This document shows, one piece after another, positions 16,890 to 26,925 of a DNA stretch of 64,000 bases; position 1 is the first letter of the stretch; each line of letters starts with the position of its first letter. The translations under genes were made by a program, and so were the position numbers. Location of the stretch: NCBI GenBank assembly GCA_030065935.1, contig JASJCP010000029.1, forward strand, positions 1,798 to 65,797. Direction: 5' to 3'. Under the pieces are notes generated by a model, which was not told where the DNA came from, did not search any database, and saw only the letters and a program-made list of their open reading frames with translations. The stretch is from Xenococcaceae cyanobacterium MO_167.B27 (GTDB taxonomy: Bacteria > Cyanobacteriota > Cyanobacteriia > Cyanobacteriales > Xenococcaceae).

Positions 16890-18347
16890 ATGGAAAATAA
16901 ATTAAAATTTCTTACTGTTGAAGACTATAACTTACTATTTGAAAAAGCCCAGATTGAAACCTACGATAAAAATACTATCATCCTTAAAGAGGGCTGTGCT
17001 TGTGGTTCTATTTATATCTTGCGTAGAGGAATTGTTCGGGTAGAAAATGCTGCTTCAGGAAAAGGGGTTGCTATCGCATTTTTAAAACCTGGTGATATTT
17101 TTGGGGAGATGTCTTTTTTACAAGAAATTCCCCCTAGTGCCAAAATTGTAGCAGAAGAACCTGTAGAAGTATTAATTTTAGAAAAAACAACTCTTTACTC
17201 CCTTTTAGGCTCCGTACCTGGTCTTTCCGCCCGTTTTTATCAGTCCTTAGCTCATAATCTTTCTTCTCGTTTAAGGGAAACTTCTTCTCTTCTTTCCTAT
17301 GTTATGGGTAAAATGAGCTATGAACCAGAATTTGCTCTGGGACGTACTGGCTTTAATGGACACAACCAAATTCCACCAGAATTAATCAGCGAAATCGAAT
17401 TATTTAAAAAAAACCTCTCAGCAATAGAACAAAATTTACGCAACAAAAAACTTAGTGAAGAGGAAGCACAAGAAACTGTTAGCCGAGTTTGTAATATGCT
17501 GGTTAACTCCATGCGAGAGCAAATCATTCATGAACCAAAAATTGAACAGGCGATCGGTACATACGTATTTCGTGAAAGTTTCCCCTTCTTGATGTTAAGT
17601 AGTTTTATTGATTCAGCTTTTCGCAAACCTTCTGAATGCGCTAATGATTCTTATATTGTAGAAATCCTCTCCCAAAATGAACCAGAAGGGGATGGACATT
17701 TAGGAGTATATATAGACCGTTGGATTCGCTCAATTCCCACTTGTTTGGCACTCAAGAACCGAGGTAATATGATCACTGCTACTCTCAAAGAACTAGCAGA
17801 TAATTGGTCATCTCCCAATGCCATGCCTGTAACTAGTCTTGCTAGTGGTGCTGCTAGTGAAATTTTAGACCTTTATTTTCAGACTACACCACCCAATATC
17901 AAGTTTACTTGCATCGATCTCAATCATCGCCATCTAGCTCGCGCTGCTAATCTCGCTCGGAAAATTGGCTGTAATGACTGTCTTACTTTTGTCCAAGAAA
18001 ATGTCTTGCTTTTGGCTCACAATAACAATCGTATGACTATTCCTCCACAACAGGTTGTTTATAGCGTGAGTATGAGTAACTACCTCAGAGATCGGGAATT
18101 GATTTCTCTCCTCAATTGGATTTATGACCATCTTTTACCCAATGGTACAGTAATCTTAGGCAATTTTCATGCAGCCAACCCAGACAAGGTATTACTAGAA
18201 CATATCTTAGAATGGCATCTAATTTATCGCTCCGCCGAACAACTAGAACAAATATTCGCTCATTCTAAATTTCGCTCCTTACCAGTAGAAATAGAATCCG
18301 ATGAATTTGGAGTAGAGTTATTTGCTGTCTGTAATAAGAGTTGGTAA
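16890..18347 (+). CDS. Cyclic-nucleotide-binding domain fused to a class I SAM-dependent methyltransferase domain
   Basis: Preferred start is MENKLKF at 16890. The cNMP-binding motif FGEMSFL sits in the N-terminal ~130 aa, and a methyltransferase-like region occupies the C-terminal ~200 aa. Confidence 0.65.
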   Translation: MENKLKFLTVEDYNLLFEKAQIETYDKNTIILKEGCACGSIYILRRGIVRVENAASGKGVAIAFLKPGDIFGEMSFLQEIPPSAKIVAEEPVEVLILEKTTLYSLLGSVPGLSARFYQSLAHNLSSRLRETSSLLSYVMGKMSYEPEFALGRTGFNGHNQIPPELISEIELFKKNLSAIEQNLRNKKLSEEEAQETVSRVCNMLVNSMREQIIHEPKIEQAIGTYVFRESFPFLMLSSFIDSAFRKPSECANDSYIVEILSQNEPEGDGHLGVYIDRWIRSIPTCLALKNRGNMITATLKELADNWSSPNAMPVTSLASGAASEILDLYFQTTPPNIKFTCIDLNHRHLARAANLARKIGCNDCLTFVQENVLLLAHNNNRMTIPPQQVVYSVSMSNYLRDRELISLLNWIYDHLLPNGTVILGNFHAANPDKVLLEHILEWHLIYRSAEQLEQIFAHSKFRSLPVEIESDEFGVELFAVCNKSW

Positions 18348-18349
18348 GT

Positions 18350-18560
18350 ACCTATTGAACCTCCCTCGTGGGACACGAGGGATTCCCTTTTAGACTCTTA
18401 TCTAGGCAAAAGCCCCCGACAGACCGCCATTACAGGGCTGTTTCTTGAACGAACAGCGAGTGGGGGAAAGCCGATCCGCTGTCTCTTGAATTCATTTCAA
18501 GAGCTTGTAAGCGGGAGTCCAAGACCGCGCTCGTCCGCTTAACTACGGGCGCACCGACCG
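18350..18560 (-). ncRNA. Retained TnpB omega-RNA (reRNA) scaffold region at the 3' end of the tnpB relic
   Basis: GC-rich structured sequence overlaps the tnpB 3' end, with a terminal hairpin at 18363-18381 (ccctcgtg gga cacgaggg). On the minus strand this is followed by ggttcaatag, directly abutting the stop codon (18345-18347) of the convergent gene. Confidence 0.4.
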
Positions 18561-19069
18561 CAGCATTTAATCCTCTATTACGTATCACTTCAGCAGCAGC
18601 TATATCTCTATTTTGCTCGTATCCGCACTCAGAACAAAAGTGTATTCTTTTTGAGATAATTACCATTAATCTCAAACTTGTTACTCAGAAGATTAAAAGA
18701 TTTCATCCTCTTCTTGTAACGCGGGAATCCCATACCTAATCGTGCCATATCATTGAACGCTCTATCCAGCTTTCTCAAAGTTTGTTGCATAGCCTGAGCG
18801 TTACCAGATTTCAAGTAAGGGTTAGTTTTCTTAGCTTGAGTTAGCTCCGCAGATTGAATATGGTAAGACGGATATTCAAAGGGTTCGACAACATATTCAG
18901 AGATTAGAGAACACTTATTGATATCGCACTTACGACTGTTATACCAAAGTTTTCTTTGATATAGAGCATGATTCCAAACGCTTTTACAAACAGCAAGATT
19001 ATGATCGATTATTTCTATTTGCTTCTTGTTTGGTTGTAGTTTGTAGGTGTAAGTGAGATTAAATGTCAC
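18430..19069 (-). pseudogene. tnpB: TnpB (IS200/IS605-family OMEGA nuclease) with a large internal deletion
   Basis: An N-terminal 146-aa ORF (MTFNLTYTYKLQPNKKQIEIID...GFPRYKKRMKSFNL..FEINGN) joins in a different frame to a C-terminal piece (HFCSECGYEQNRDIAAAEVIRNRGL). The central RuvC-I/II region of roughly 200 aa is missing. Confidence 0.75.
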
Positions 19070-19105
19070 GACCCAATTGCTTATGTTGTTATCGAAGGAG
19101 ATAGA

Positions 19106-19181
19106 AAATCAATGGGGTCTTAAAACCTATATCTTTAGTAATAGGACTCAGCAACTTAATTGATGAAGACCCCATTGATTT
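19106..19181. repeat. 16-bp perfect inverted repeat (aaatcaatggggtctt / aagaccccattgattt) with a 44-nt spacer, just upstream of the tnpB relic
   Basis: Arms read directly from the sequence at 19106-19121 and 19166-19181. This may be the left-end structure of the IS200/IS605-type element. Confidence 0.5.
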
Positions 19182-19295
19182 ACTTCCTTGTTTATCACTT
19201 ATTCTACTACATTTTTTACAAGCGTAGTTTATTAATTGTAAATTTTTTAGACATCTCTTATGCTTTAAACATTAATCAAAGCCCGCGATTCATGA

Positions 19296-19366
19296 GGGGC
19301 AGCTCACTTGGGGAAACCCCAAGTGAGCTGCCCCGTCCCGTCGCGGGACGCGAGGGTCTTCTCGCG
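19296..19366. repeat. Three consecutive GC-rich hairpins
   Basis: An 18-bp perfect stem at 19296-19334 (ggggcagctcacttgggg aaa ccccaagtgagctgcccc) is followed by gtcccg tcg cgggac and cgcgag ggtctt ctcgcg. Confidence 0.6.
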
Positions 19367-19378
19367 GAAGAAAGATAA

Positions 19379-19474
19379 AAGGATGAGGAATAAAGGATGA
19401 AGTATTAGGAAGGATAAATACCTCTTACGGATTGCGGATTGCCTTTTGCCTCACTCGGAACTCCTCATCCCTCA
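19379..19474. repeat. GGATGA(A/G)G / CCTCATCC element, copy B
   Basis: Reads aggatgaggaataaaggatgaag...ggataaatacctcttacgg...cctcactcggaactcctcatccctca. It lies immediately 3' of rnj. Confidence 0.65.
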
Positions 19475-19482
19475 GAAATGAT

Positions 19483-21243
19483 TTAAGATGCTACAGAAGC
19501 AGTCGCACTAGGACGTTTTCTTCTTCTAGCAGTTCTCGCCACTGGTTTTTCAGGAATTTGCAGCAAAAACACCAATAAAGGACGACTTTGCAACTCTCTT
19601 CTAATTAATCTTTGCAAGCTACCCTCGATTTCAATTTTTAATCCTGTCCAATCAACTTCTAGTTCTCCATCAATCTGACTAGTAAAGTTGTTCCAGCGAT
19701 CGCTTAAAGTGGTTTCGACAGCGCGACAAATAAGCTGTTGTAACAAAGAATGATCCATTGAAGTAACAACACCCCGTAAATGAGTTCCAGGGGTAGCAAC
19801 CAATTTACCAGACCAATCTACAGCCGTAGCTACTGTAATTACTCCATCTTCCGCTAACTGTTGTCTTTCTTTCAATACATTGTCGTGAACAATACCTGAA
19901 CGATCTACTAGTTCGATACCAGAAGGAACTTGTCCAGCTATCCCAATACTATCTTCTGTTAGCTCAATAATATCTCCGTTGTCGATCACAATCATGTTTT
20001 CTGAGGGAATACCCATGCTTTGAGCCATTTTGGCGTGCTGAACTAACATTCGATGCTCTCCGTGAACTGGGATAAAGAACTTGGGTTTAGTTAACGCCAA
20101 CATCAATTTATGGTCTTCCTGCGCTCCATGTCCTGAAACGTGAATTCCCTGCTGTTTCCCATAGACTACGTTTGCACCTTGCATCATCAGGCGGTCAATA
20201 GTATTCACTACTGCAATGGTGTTTCCTGGGATGGGATTAGCAGAAAAGATAATAGTATCTCCTTGTTTTACCTTGATCTGTCTGTGTTCTCCTTTGGAGA
20301 TACGGGTCATAGCTGCTAGGGGTTCACCCTGAGAGCCAGTGGTTAAAATCAGGGTTTTATCATCAGGAAAACTTCTCAACGACTTGATAGACTCAAACAA
20401 ATCATCAGGACATTTAATATAGCCTAAATTCCTGGCATGAGCGATCACATTGAGCATTGATCGCCCTACTACCATCACTTTTCTTTGGTGTTTCTGAGCT
20501 AATTGCAAAATGATATTAACTCGATGTACCGAAGACGCAAAAGTTGTCACCATAATTCGCCCTTCTGCTTGAGCAAATATACGGTCTAGATTGGGATAAA
20601 CGGAACTTTCCGAAGGGGTATGTCCTGGTACTTCTGCATTAGTGGAGTCACTCAACAAGCACAGTACTCCTTTTTCTCCATGTTCTGCTAGCTTTTGTAA
20701 GTCGTAGTGTTCTCCATCTATAGGGGTATGATCGATTTTGAAATCTCCTGTGTGAATAATCACTCCCAAAGGGGTATGAATCGCAACAGTAAAACTATCC
20801 GCAATGGAGTGGGTATTGCGAATAAACTCTACTAGAAAATGTTTACCTAGTCTCACTATTTCTCTAGGAACCACGGATTTTAGGCTTGTGCGATCACTAA
20901 CTCCCGCCTCTTCTAGTTTGTCTCGCAACAAAGTCATTGCCAAACGGGGTCCATAAATCACAGGAATATCAAACTGTTTGAGATGATATGCAATACCCCC
21001 GATATGGTCTTCATGTCCATGAGTGACTATCATTCCCTTGATTTTGTGGCGATTTTCTCTGATATAAGTCATATCAGGTAACACAATATTAACGCCGTGC
21101 ATTTCGTCTGTGGGAAAGGCTAAACCAGCATCTAATAAAATAATTTCATCTTCATATTCAAACACACAGGTGTTTTTCCCAATTTCATGGAGTCCACCAA
21201 GTGGAATAATCTTGATTGGGAGTTTTGTGGAATTTTTGCTCAT
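19483..21243 (-). CDS. rnj: Ribonuclease J
   Basis: 586 aa with the metallo-beta-lactamase motif HGHEDHIGG and beta-CASP architecture. The asd-dapA-rnj order matches the order I recall in Synechocystis. Confidence 0.9.
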   Translation of the reverse strand: MSKNSTKLPIKIIPLGGLHEIGKNTCVFEYEDEIILLDAGLAFPTDEMHGVNIVLPDMTYIRENRHKIKGMIVTHGHEDHIGGIAYHLKQFDIPVIYGPRLAMTLLRDKLEEAGVSDRTSLKSVVPREIVRLGKHFLVEFIRNTHSIADSFTVAIHTPLGVIIHTGDFKIDHTPIDGEHYDLQKLAEHGEKGVLCLLSDSTNAEVPGHTPSESSVYPNLDRIFAQAEGRIMVTTFASSVHRVNIILQLAQKHQRKVMVVGRSMLNVIAHARNLGYIKCPDDLFESIKSLRSFPDDKTLILTTGSQGEPLAAMTRISKGEHRQIKVKQGDTIIFSANPIPGNTIAVVNTIDRLMMQGANVVYGKQQGIHVSGHGAQEDHKLMLALTKPKFFIPVHGEHRMLVQHAKMAQSMGIPSENMIVIDNGDIIELTEDSIGIAGQVPSGIELVDRSGIVHDNVLKERQQLAEDGVITVATAVDWSGKLVATPGTHLRGVVTSMDHSLLQQLICRAVETTLSDRWNNFTSQIDGELEVDWTGLKIEIEGSLQRLIRRELQSRPLLVFLLQIPEKPVARTARRRKRPSATASVAS

Positions 21244-21759
21244 TATGTTTCCTTTTTTTGAGTTTTTATCTTGTAAATCAAGCTTGTTTAAAATTTCACA
21301 GTTAATATTAGTTAATAACTGAAAGTTAAACGTTTTAATAAATAATTATCTATTTTTTTATTATTGATAAGTAGTTATGCAAAATTAATTAGAGAGTTGA
21401 GATAGTGAATGTACAAATAATTTTGTAATTGTACTTATTTTAATGCTCGATCTTTATTGAAAAAATAAAGATTAACTATAGCCTTGAATTTTAAGGCTAC
21501 TATTCCCCATTGCTCTAAAATTTTGCGTCTTACAAATTAAATATTATTAAGATTTTAATGAAAAGTATTTGTAATTATAATCAGTTTTTAATGATTACTC
21601 TGGTTTTTCCTCCTTTGTCGCTCATTTCAACACTAGTTTCATAGCTCTCAGCTATTTTGTCTTTATATATTGCTTTTTTTATCAGATATTTTTGAGGTTT
21701 TTTTATTATTATACTTTTTTAGCGCAATTATAACTATTGGATTTTTATTAATATCAGTT

Positions 21760-22650
21760 TTAAATCAAACTGAGGTCTTGTAGAACATTTTTTAATTTTT
21801 CTTTTAGTTCTAATTGTAACTCACAAAGTGGGGAACGCAAACCTCCCACTTCCCAACCTTGTAAATTAAGAGCGCTCTTAATAGGAATTGGATTAGTGGT
21901 AATAAATAAAGTTTTAAACAAAGGAAGAAGTTGAATTTGTATATTAGTAGCTACCTCATTTTTGCCATCTACAAATGCTTGAATCATCTCTTGCATCTGT
22001 TTCCCTACTAAATGGGAGGCGACACTAACAACTCCTACTCCTCCTACTGTCAATAAAGGCAAAGTCAGAAAATCTTCTCCAGAATAGATGGCAAAATCTG
22101 GTGCTGTAGTGCTTCTAATTTGACAAGCTTGCTCTAAGTTTCCGCTAGCTTCCTTAATTGCTACGATATTAGGAATTTCTGCAAGTTTGGCAACTGTCTG
22201 CGCTTCTAAGTTGCGACTGGTTCGCCCAGGTACATTGTATAACATCATTGGTAGCTCTGGACAAGCTTCTGCGATCGCCTTAAAATGTTCATAAAGTCCT
22301 TCTTGGGGTGGTTTGTTGTAGTAGGGAACAACTTGCAGGGAGCCATCTAATCCTAATTTACCAGCCTCTTGAGTAGCTGCGATCGCTTCTTGAGTAGAAT
22401 TTGACCCTGTTCCTGCAATAATCTTAGCTCTATGTCCTACCGCTTGCTTAACTATCTTAAATAATTCATATTCTTCTTCCCAAGTCAAGCTAGGAGACTC
22501 TCCTGTTGTCCCACATATGACCAATCCATCATTACCGTTATCAACTAGATGAATTGCCAGTTTTTCTGCTACAGCATAATTAACACTTCCATCTTCTGCA
22601 AATGGCGTGACCATTGCTGCTATTACTCTACCGAATGGTGCATTAGTCAT
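21760..22650 (-). CDS. dapA: 4-hydroxy-tetrahydrodipicolinate synthase
   Basis: [11 protein letters not shown]...GTTGESPSL...YNVPGRT are DapA family motifs. I prefer the start at MTNAPFG (22650) over the listed upstream Met. Confidence 0.9.
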   Translation of the reverse strand: MTNAPFGRVIAAMVTPFAEDGSVNYAVAEKLAIHLVDNGNDGLVICGTTGESPSLTWEEEYELFKIVKQAVGHRAKIIAGTGSNSTQEAIAATQEAGKLGLDGSLQVVPYYNKPPQEGLYEHFKAIAEACPELPMMLYNVPGRTSRNLEAQTVAKLAEIPNIVAIKEASGNLEQACQIRSTTAPDFAIYSGEDFLTLPLLTVGGVGVVSVASHLVGKQMQEMIQAFVDGKNEVATNIQIQLLPLFKTLFITTNPIPIKSALNLQGWEVGGLRSPLCELQLELKEKLKNVLQDLSLI

Positions 22651-22963
22651 GGAGTTAAGATTTATCACAATTAATTTCAAAAGAGGGCTTTGTGCTATAG
22701 TCTTCGATTTAGCGACGATACCAGGTATTTAAAGTACTGAATAAAAAAGGATGGGAAATTGTGAGTAGGGCAAAATACACACACTAATCCCCAATTAATG
22801 ACACTGCGTTGGCTAGTTCCTCGACATTAGCAAATGTCTGGTACGCCCAAGGACATTTGAACCTCTATCACATAAGTGAAAGCTTGTTTGATAAGTTTGG
22901 TGGTTGAGTTGGGAATCCCGCCCTATATTTTCCATAGAAAATTAGGGTTGGGGGGATGTGAGT

Positions 22964-24007
22964 CTAAGCTGTTGTAGAAGCAAGACTCCCCTTGAGCCAA
23001 TTTTTCTCTAACAACAATTCCGCAATTTGAATCGCATTCAAGGCTGCTCCCTTACGAATTTGATCCCCACACAACCATAATTCCAAACCACAGGGGTTAG
23101 AAATATCTTGGCGAATGCGACCAACTAACACATCATCTTGACCCGTAGCGTCTATCGGCATAGGGAAATAGTTTTTACCCCAGTCTTCAACCAACTTAGC
23201 TCCTGGTGCAGCAGCTATTAAATCCCTGGCTTTTTCTACCCCAAAAGGTTTAGCAAACTCCAAGTTAATCGCTTCTGAATGGGCCCTCAGCACAGGAACT
23301 CGCACACAAGTTGCTGTAACCCTTAAATTGGGATCATTAAATATTTTACGGGTTTCATTGACCATTTTCATTTCTTCTTCACAATATCCGAGATCATTCA
23401 AGGCTGAATTGTGAGGAAACAGATTAAAAGCTAAAGGATAGGGTAAAATCTCAGGCTGAGGAGTTTTCCCTTGTAGAATTGCTTTAGCTTGGAGCTTGAC
23501 TTCTTCCATGGCTCTTGCTCCTGCTCCCGAAGCTGATTGATAAGTAGAAACCACAACTCTTTGAATTGGTTGTAGCTGATGCAGAGGATAAATAGCCACT
23601 CCCATGAGTATAGTTGTGCAGTTAGGGTTGGCGATAATTCCCTGATGATTAGCTGCTGCTTCAGGGTTGATTTCAGGAACTACCAAAGGTACTTTAGGAT
23701 TCATCCGAAAAGCACTAGAGTTGTCAATCATTACAGCTCCTGCTGCTACTATTTCGTCAGCCCAAGCTTTAGAGGTAGAGCCTCCAGCCGAAGCCAAAAC
23801 CAAGTCGATATCCTTAAAAGACCCACTCTCTACCGCTTCTACCTTGAGAGTTTCACCACTCCATTCTATAGTTTTACCAGCAGATTTGGCAGATGCCAAT
23901 AACTTAAGATGCTTGAGAGGAAAGTTACGGTTTGCCAATAATTCTAAGATCTCTTTTCCTACAGCCCCAGTTGCTCCTAAAACAGCAACCCTTAGTTGCT
24001 CACTCAA
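22964..24007 (-). CDS. asd: Aspartate-semialdehyde dehydrogenase
   Basis: 347 aa with VAVLGATGAVG at the N-terminus, NPNCTT at the active-site Cys and SGAG. Confidence 0.9.
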   Translation of the reverse strand: MSEQLRVAVLGATGAVGKEILELLANRNFPLKHLKLLASAKSAGKTIEWSGETLKVEAVESGSFKDIDLVLASAGGSTSKAWADEIVAAGAVMIDNSSAFRMNPKVPLVVPEINPEAAANHQGIIANPNCTTILMGVAIYPLHQLQPIQRVVVSTYQSASGAGARAMEEVKLQAKAILQGKTPQPEILPYPLAFNLFPHNSALNDLGYCEEEMKMVNETRKIFNDPNLRVTATCVRVPVLRAHSEAINLEFAKPFGVEKARDLIAAAPGAKLVEDWGKNYFPMPIDATGQDDVLVGRIRQDISNPCGLELWLCGDQIRKGAALNAIQIAELLLEKNWLKGSLASTTA

Positions 24008-24437
24008 TTATTCCAGCCTCCAACATAATATATATACTTGTTTTTTTAGTATGTGTAATTACAAATGTTATATGTCACTTAATTTAAACTAGATTCTCAA
24101 ACTATCTTTGATTTAAAAGATTTTTAACACGCATCTTAGTTAATGTTTGCTAATCTTAACAGATGTTGTAACAATAATTGGGAAATTTTAGTTGCTCCCT
24201 GATTAGCAAAGATGGCGCTATAACATACCGCTCTGTGGTGGAAGTCAGCTGCGACTTGGTCAAGACTACCTAATCGGTATATTAAGAATATATTAAGTTA
24301 GACTGACACAATCAAATCAGCAATTTGGTAATATAACATCTGAGAGAAAAGCTAATCAACTTAAGATAAGTTTCCTACTCCCCACATGGCATCAAGTAAA
24401 TTAAACCAAATAGTTGTAGTTTGAGATAGAAACATCG

Positions 24438-25817
24438 ATGAAAGTCACCCAGGAAAAACTTCCTGACAGTCAAATCGGCTTAGAAATAGAAATTACTGGC
24501 GAAACTTCCCGCAGCACTTATGACAAAGTGGTACAAAAATTAGCCCGTTCCAGCAGTATTCCTGGGTTTCGTAAGGGTAAAGTACCCCGTCAAATCCTCA
24601 TACAAAGGATTGGAACTCAAAGAATCAAAGCAGCAGCCTTAGAAGAGTTAATCCAAAACAGTCTAACAGAAGCAATTGAACAAGAATCTATTAAAGCTTT
24701 AGGTAACTACGAGCTACGTTCTAAGTTCGATGATTTAATTCAACAATATCAGCCAGGACAACCTCTAACCTTTAGTGCTGTTGTAGATGTTCCTCCATCA
24801 GTAGAATTGGCAGATTACCATAACTTACAGGTTAAAGCGGAAGAATCGGTTTATGAACCTCAACAAGTAGAAGACTTTTTAGAACAGCGTCGCGCCCAAC
24901 AAGCCGACTTAACACCTGTAGAAGACCGCCCTGCTCAAATGGGAGATGTAGCAATTATTGATTTCCAAGGAAAGCTCACCGCAGAAGGAGAAGAAGGGAC
25001 ATTAATTGAAGGGGGTAGTGCGGAAAACTTCCAAGTTGAACTGGCACAAGGTCAGCTAATTGAAGGAATGGTAGAAGGGGTTGTAGGGATGAATCCTGAA
25101 GAAACCAAAGAAGTTGCTGTGACCTTCCCTGAAGACTACCCCAAAGAAGACTTAGCAGGAAAACCCGCCGTTTTTTCCATAACCCTCAAAGAAATCAAAG
25201 CCAAAGATTTACCTGATTTAGATGATGATTTGGCGGAAGAAATCAGCAATGGGGAACATGAAACCCTAGAAGCCTTGAGAGAGTCTTTGGCAAAACAATT
25301 TCAGGAAAAGGCTGAAATTGAAACCAAAGAAAACATCAACGCTGCAATATTGCAAGCTCTTCTCGAACAAAATACCTTAGATTTGCCAGAAACTCTGATT
25401 CAGGAGGAAATTACTCAAGTCTTGACTAAAACCTTGATGCAAATGCAACAAATGGGGTTAGATGTGAAGCAAATTGTGAACTCAGACACCATTCCTCGGA
25501 TGCGGGAAAATGCTCGTCCTGAAGCTAGGGAAAATCTCAGCAAAAACTTGATTCTAGAGGAAATAGCTAAGAGAGAATCTCTCAACCCTGATGAAACAGC
25601 CATCAAAGATAAAATGTCAGAAATCGAGCAACAACTATCAGACCGCGAGATCGACTATGACAAACTTCGGGCTATGGTGACAGAAGATTTAATAGCGGAA
25701 AATACCTTCAAGTGGTTACGGGAAAAATCTCAAGTTGAATTAGTACCCCAAGGCTCATTATCAGAGTCGCCAACTGAACCTGATGGTGATGAAACTTTAG
25801 AAAATACTGAAGCATAA
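24438..25817 (+). CDS. tig: Trigger factor
   Basis: 459 aa with the GFRKGKVP ribosome-binding signature, located upstream of clpP-clpX. Confidence 0.9.
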   Translation: MKVTQEKLPDSQIGLEIEITGETSRSTYDKVVQKLARSSSIPGFRKGKVPRQILIQRIGTQRIKAAALEELIQNSLTEAIEQESIKALGNYELRSKFDDLIQQYQPGQPLTFSAVVDVPPSVELADYHNLQVKAEESVYEPQQVEDFLEQRRAQQADLTPVEDRPAQMGDVAIIDFQGKLTAEGEEGTLIEGGSAENFQVELAQGQLIEGMVEGVVGMNPEETKEVAVTFPEDYPKEDLAGKPAVFSITLKEIKAKDLPDLDDDLAEEISNGEHETLEALRESLAKQFQEKAEIETKENINAAILQALLEQNTLDLPETLIQEEITQVLTKTLMQMQQMGLDVKQIVNSDTIPRMRENARPEARENLSKNLILEEIAKRESLNPDETAIKDKMSEIEQQLSDREIDYDKLRAMVTEDLIAENTFKWLREKSQVELVPQGSLSESPTEPDGDETLENTEA

Positions 25818-26227
25818 TTTGGGTTATGGAAACTCCGCGCAATAAATTGACGCGGATTCTTGGTTCATCCCCATGGCTTGAAATTTTAAAGGGGATGCTT
25901 CCCTACCTCAAACCCTTACCCCTTTAACCCTACCAACAGGTGCAATTTTATCGGGCTATGGCATTACAATTCTAGTGGTCGTATGTCCCCAAGGGTACTA
26001 GAATATTGGAGCTAGAGTTAGACTGCACGCCAGCCTACTTTTTAAGGTTTCAATTTCCTGGTGTGGGGAAATATAAAAATATTCCAATTATACGTGACTA
26101 TAACCATCTTTATTGATTTAATTAGGTCATAATAGTCTTATAGTCAGGTGATGTAGCACATCCCAAACAAATTTACCCAATATAAATACTACAATACATA
26201 TATCACATAAGACCAACCCCAAAATTT

Positions 26228-26905
26228 ATGCTAAATTCCCTATCCTCTTATCAGATTCTTACCAGTTATAGCCGTTTGAAAGTTAATTCTCTCGGTAACG
26301 CATTACCAATGGTTGTGGAACAATCAGGTGTTGGGGAAAGAGCATTTGATATTTATTCGCGATTATTAAGAGAAAGAATTATCTTCTTAGGTACTGCTAT
26401 TGATGATAAAGTGGCAGACTCAGTTGTTGCCCAATTACTCTATTTAGAAGCGGAAGACCCAGAAAAAGACATACAAGTTTATATCAACTCTCCTGGAGGG
26501 TCAGTGTATGCTGGGATGGCTATCTATGACACAATGCAACAAATACAACCAGATGTTGTGACTATTTGTTATGGTATAGCTGCAAGTATGGGGGCGTTTC
26601 TACTGTCTGGTGGAGCAAAAGGCAAAAGAATGGCATTACCTAGTAGCCGTATTATGATTCATCAACCTCTAGGAGGAGCGCAAGGTCAAGCCGTCGATAT
26701 TGAAATTCAAGCTAAAGAAATTCTTTACATCAAGAAAAAGCTCAATGAGTTAATCTCAGAACACACAGGTCAACCATTTGATAAAGTAGCTAATGATACA
26801 GAACGAGATTTCTATATGTCTTCGGAAGAAGCTACAGAATATGGCTTAATCGACCGTGTTATCACCAAAACTGAATCTTCTCCATCCCTAACAACAGCAT
26901 CATAA
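26228..26905 (+). CDS. clpP: ATP-dependent Clp protease proteolytic subunit
   Basis: [26 protein letters not shown] (Ser) and MIHQPLGG (His). The true start may be the internal Met at 26309. Confidence 0.9.
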   Translation: MLNSLSSYQILTSYSRLKVNSLGNALPMVVEQSGVGERAFDIYSRLLRERIIFLGTAIDDKVADSVVAQLLYLEAEDPEKDIQVYINSPGGSVYAGMAIYDTMQQIQPDVVTICYGIAASMGAFLLSGGAKGKRMALPSSRIMIHQPLGGAQGQAVDIEIQAKEILYIKKKLNELISEHTGQPFDKVANDTERDFYMSSEEATEYGLIDRVITKTESSPSLTTAS

Positions 26906-26925
26906 ATCCAAGCGAAGAGGAACTT

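Noticed and set aside
23579-24092. Plus-strand ORFs antisense to asd
   Set aside because: They are shadow ORFs within a highly conserved housekeeping gene.
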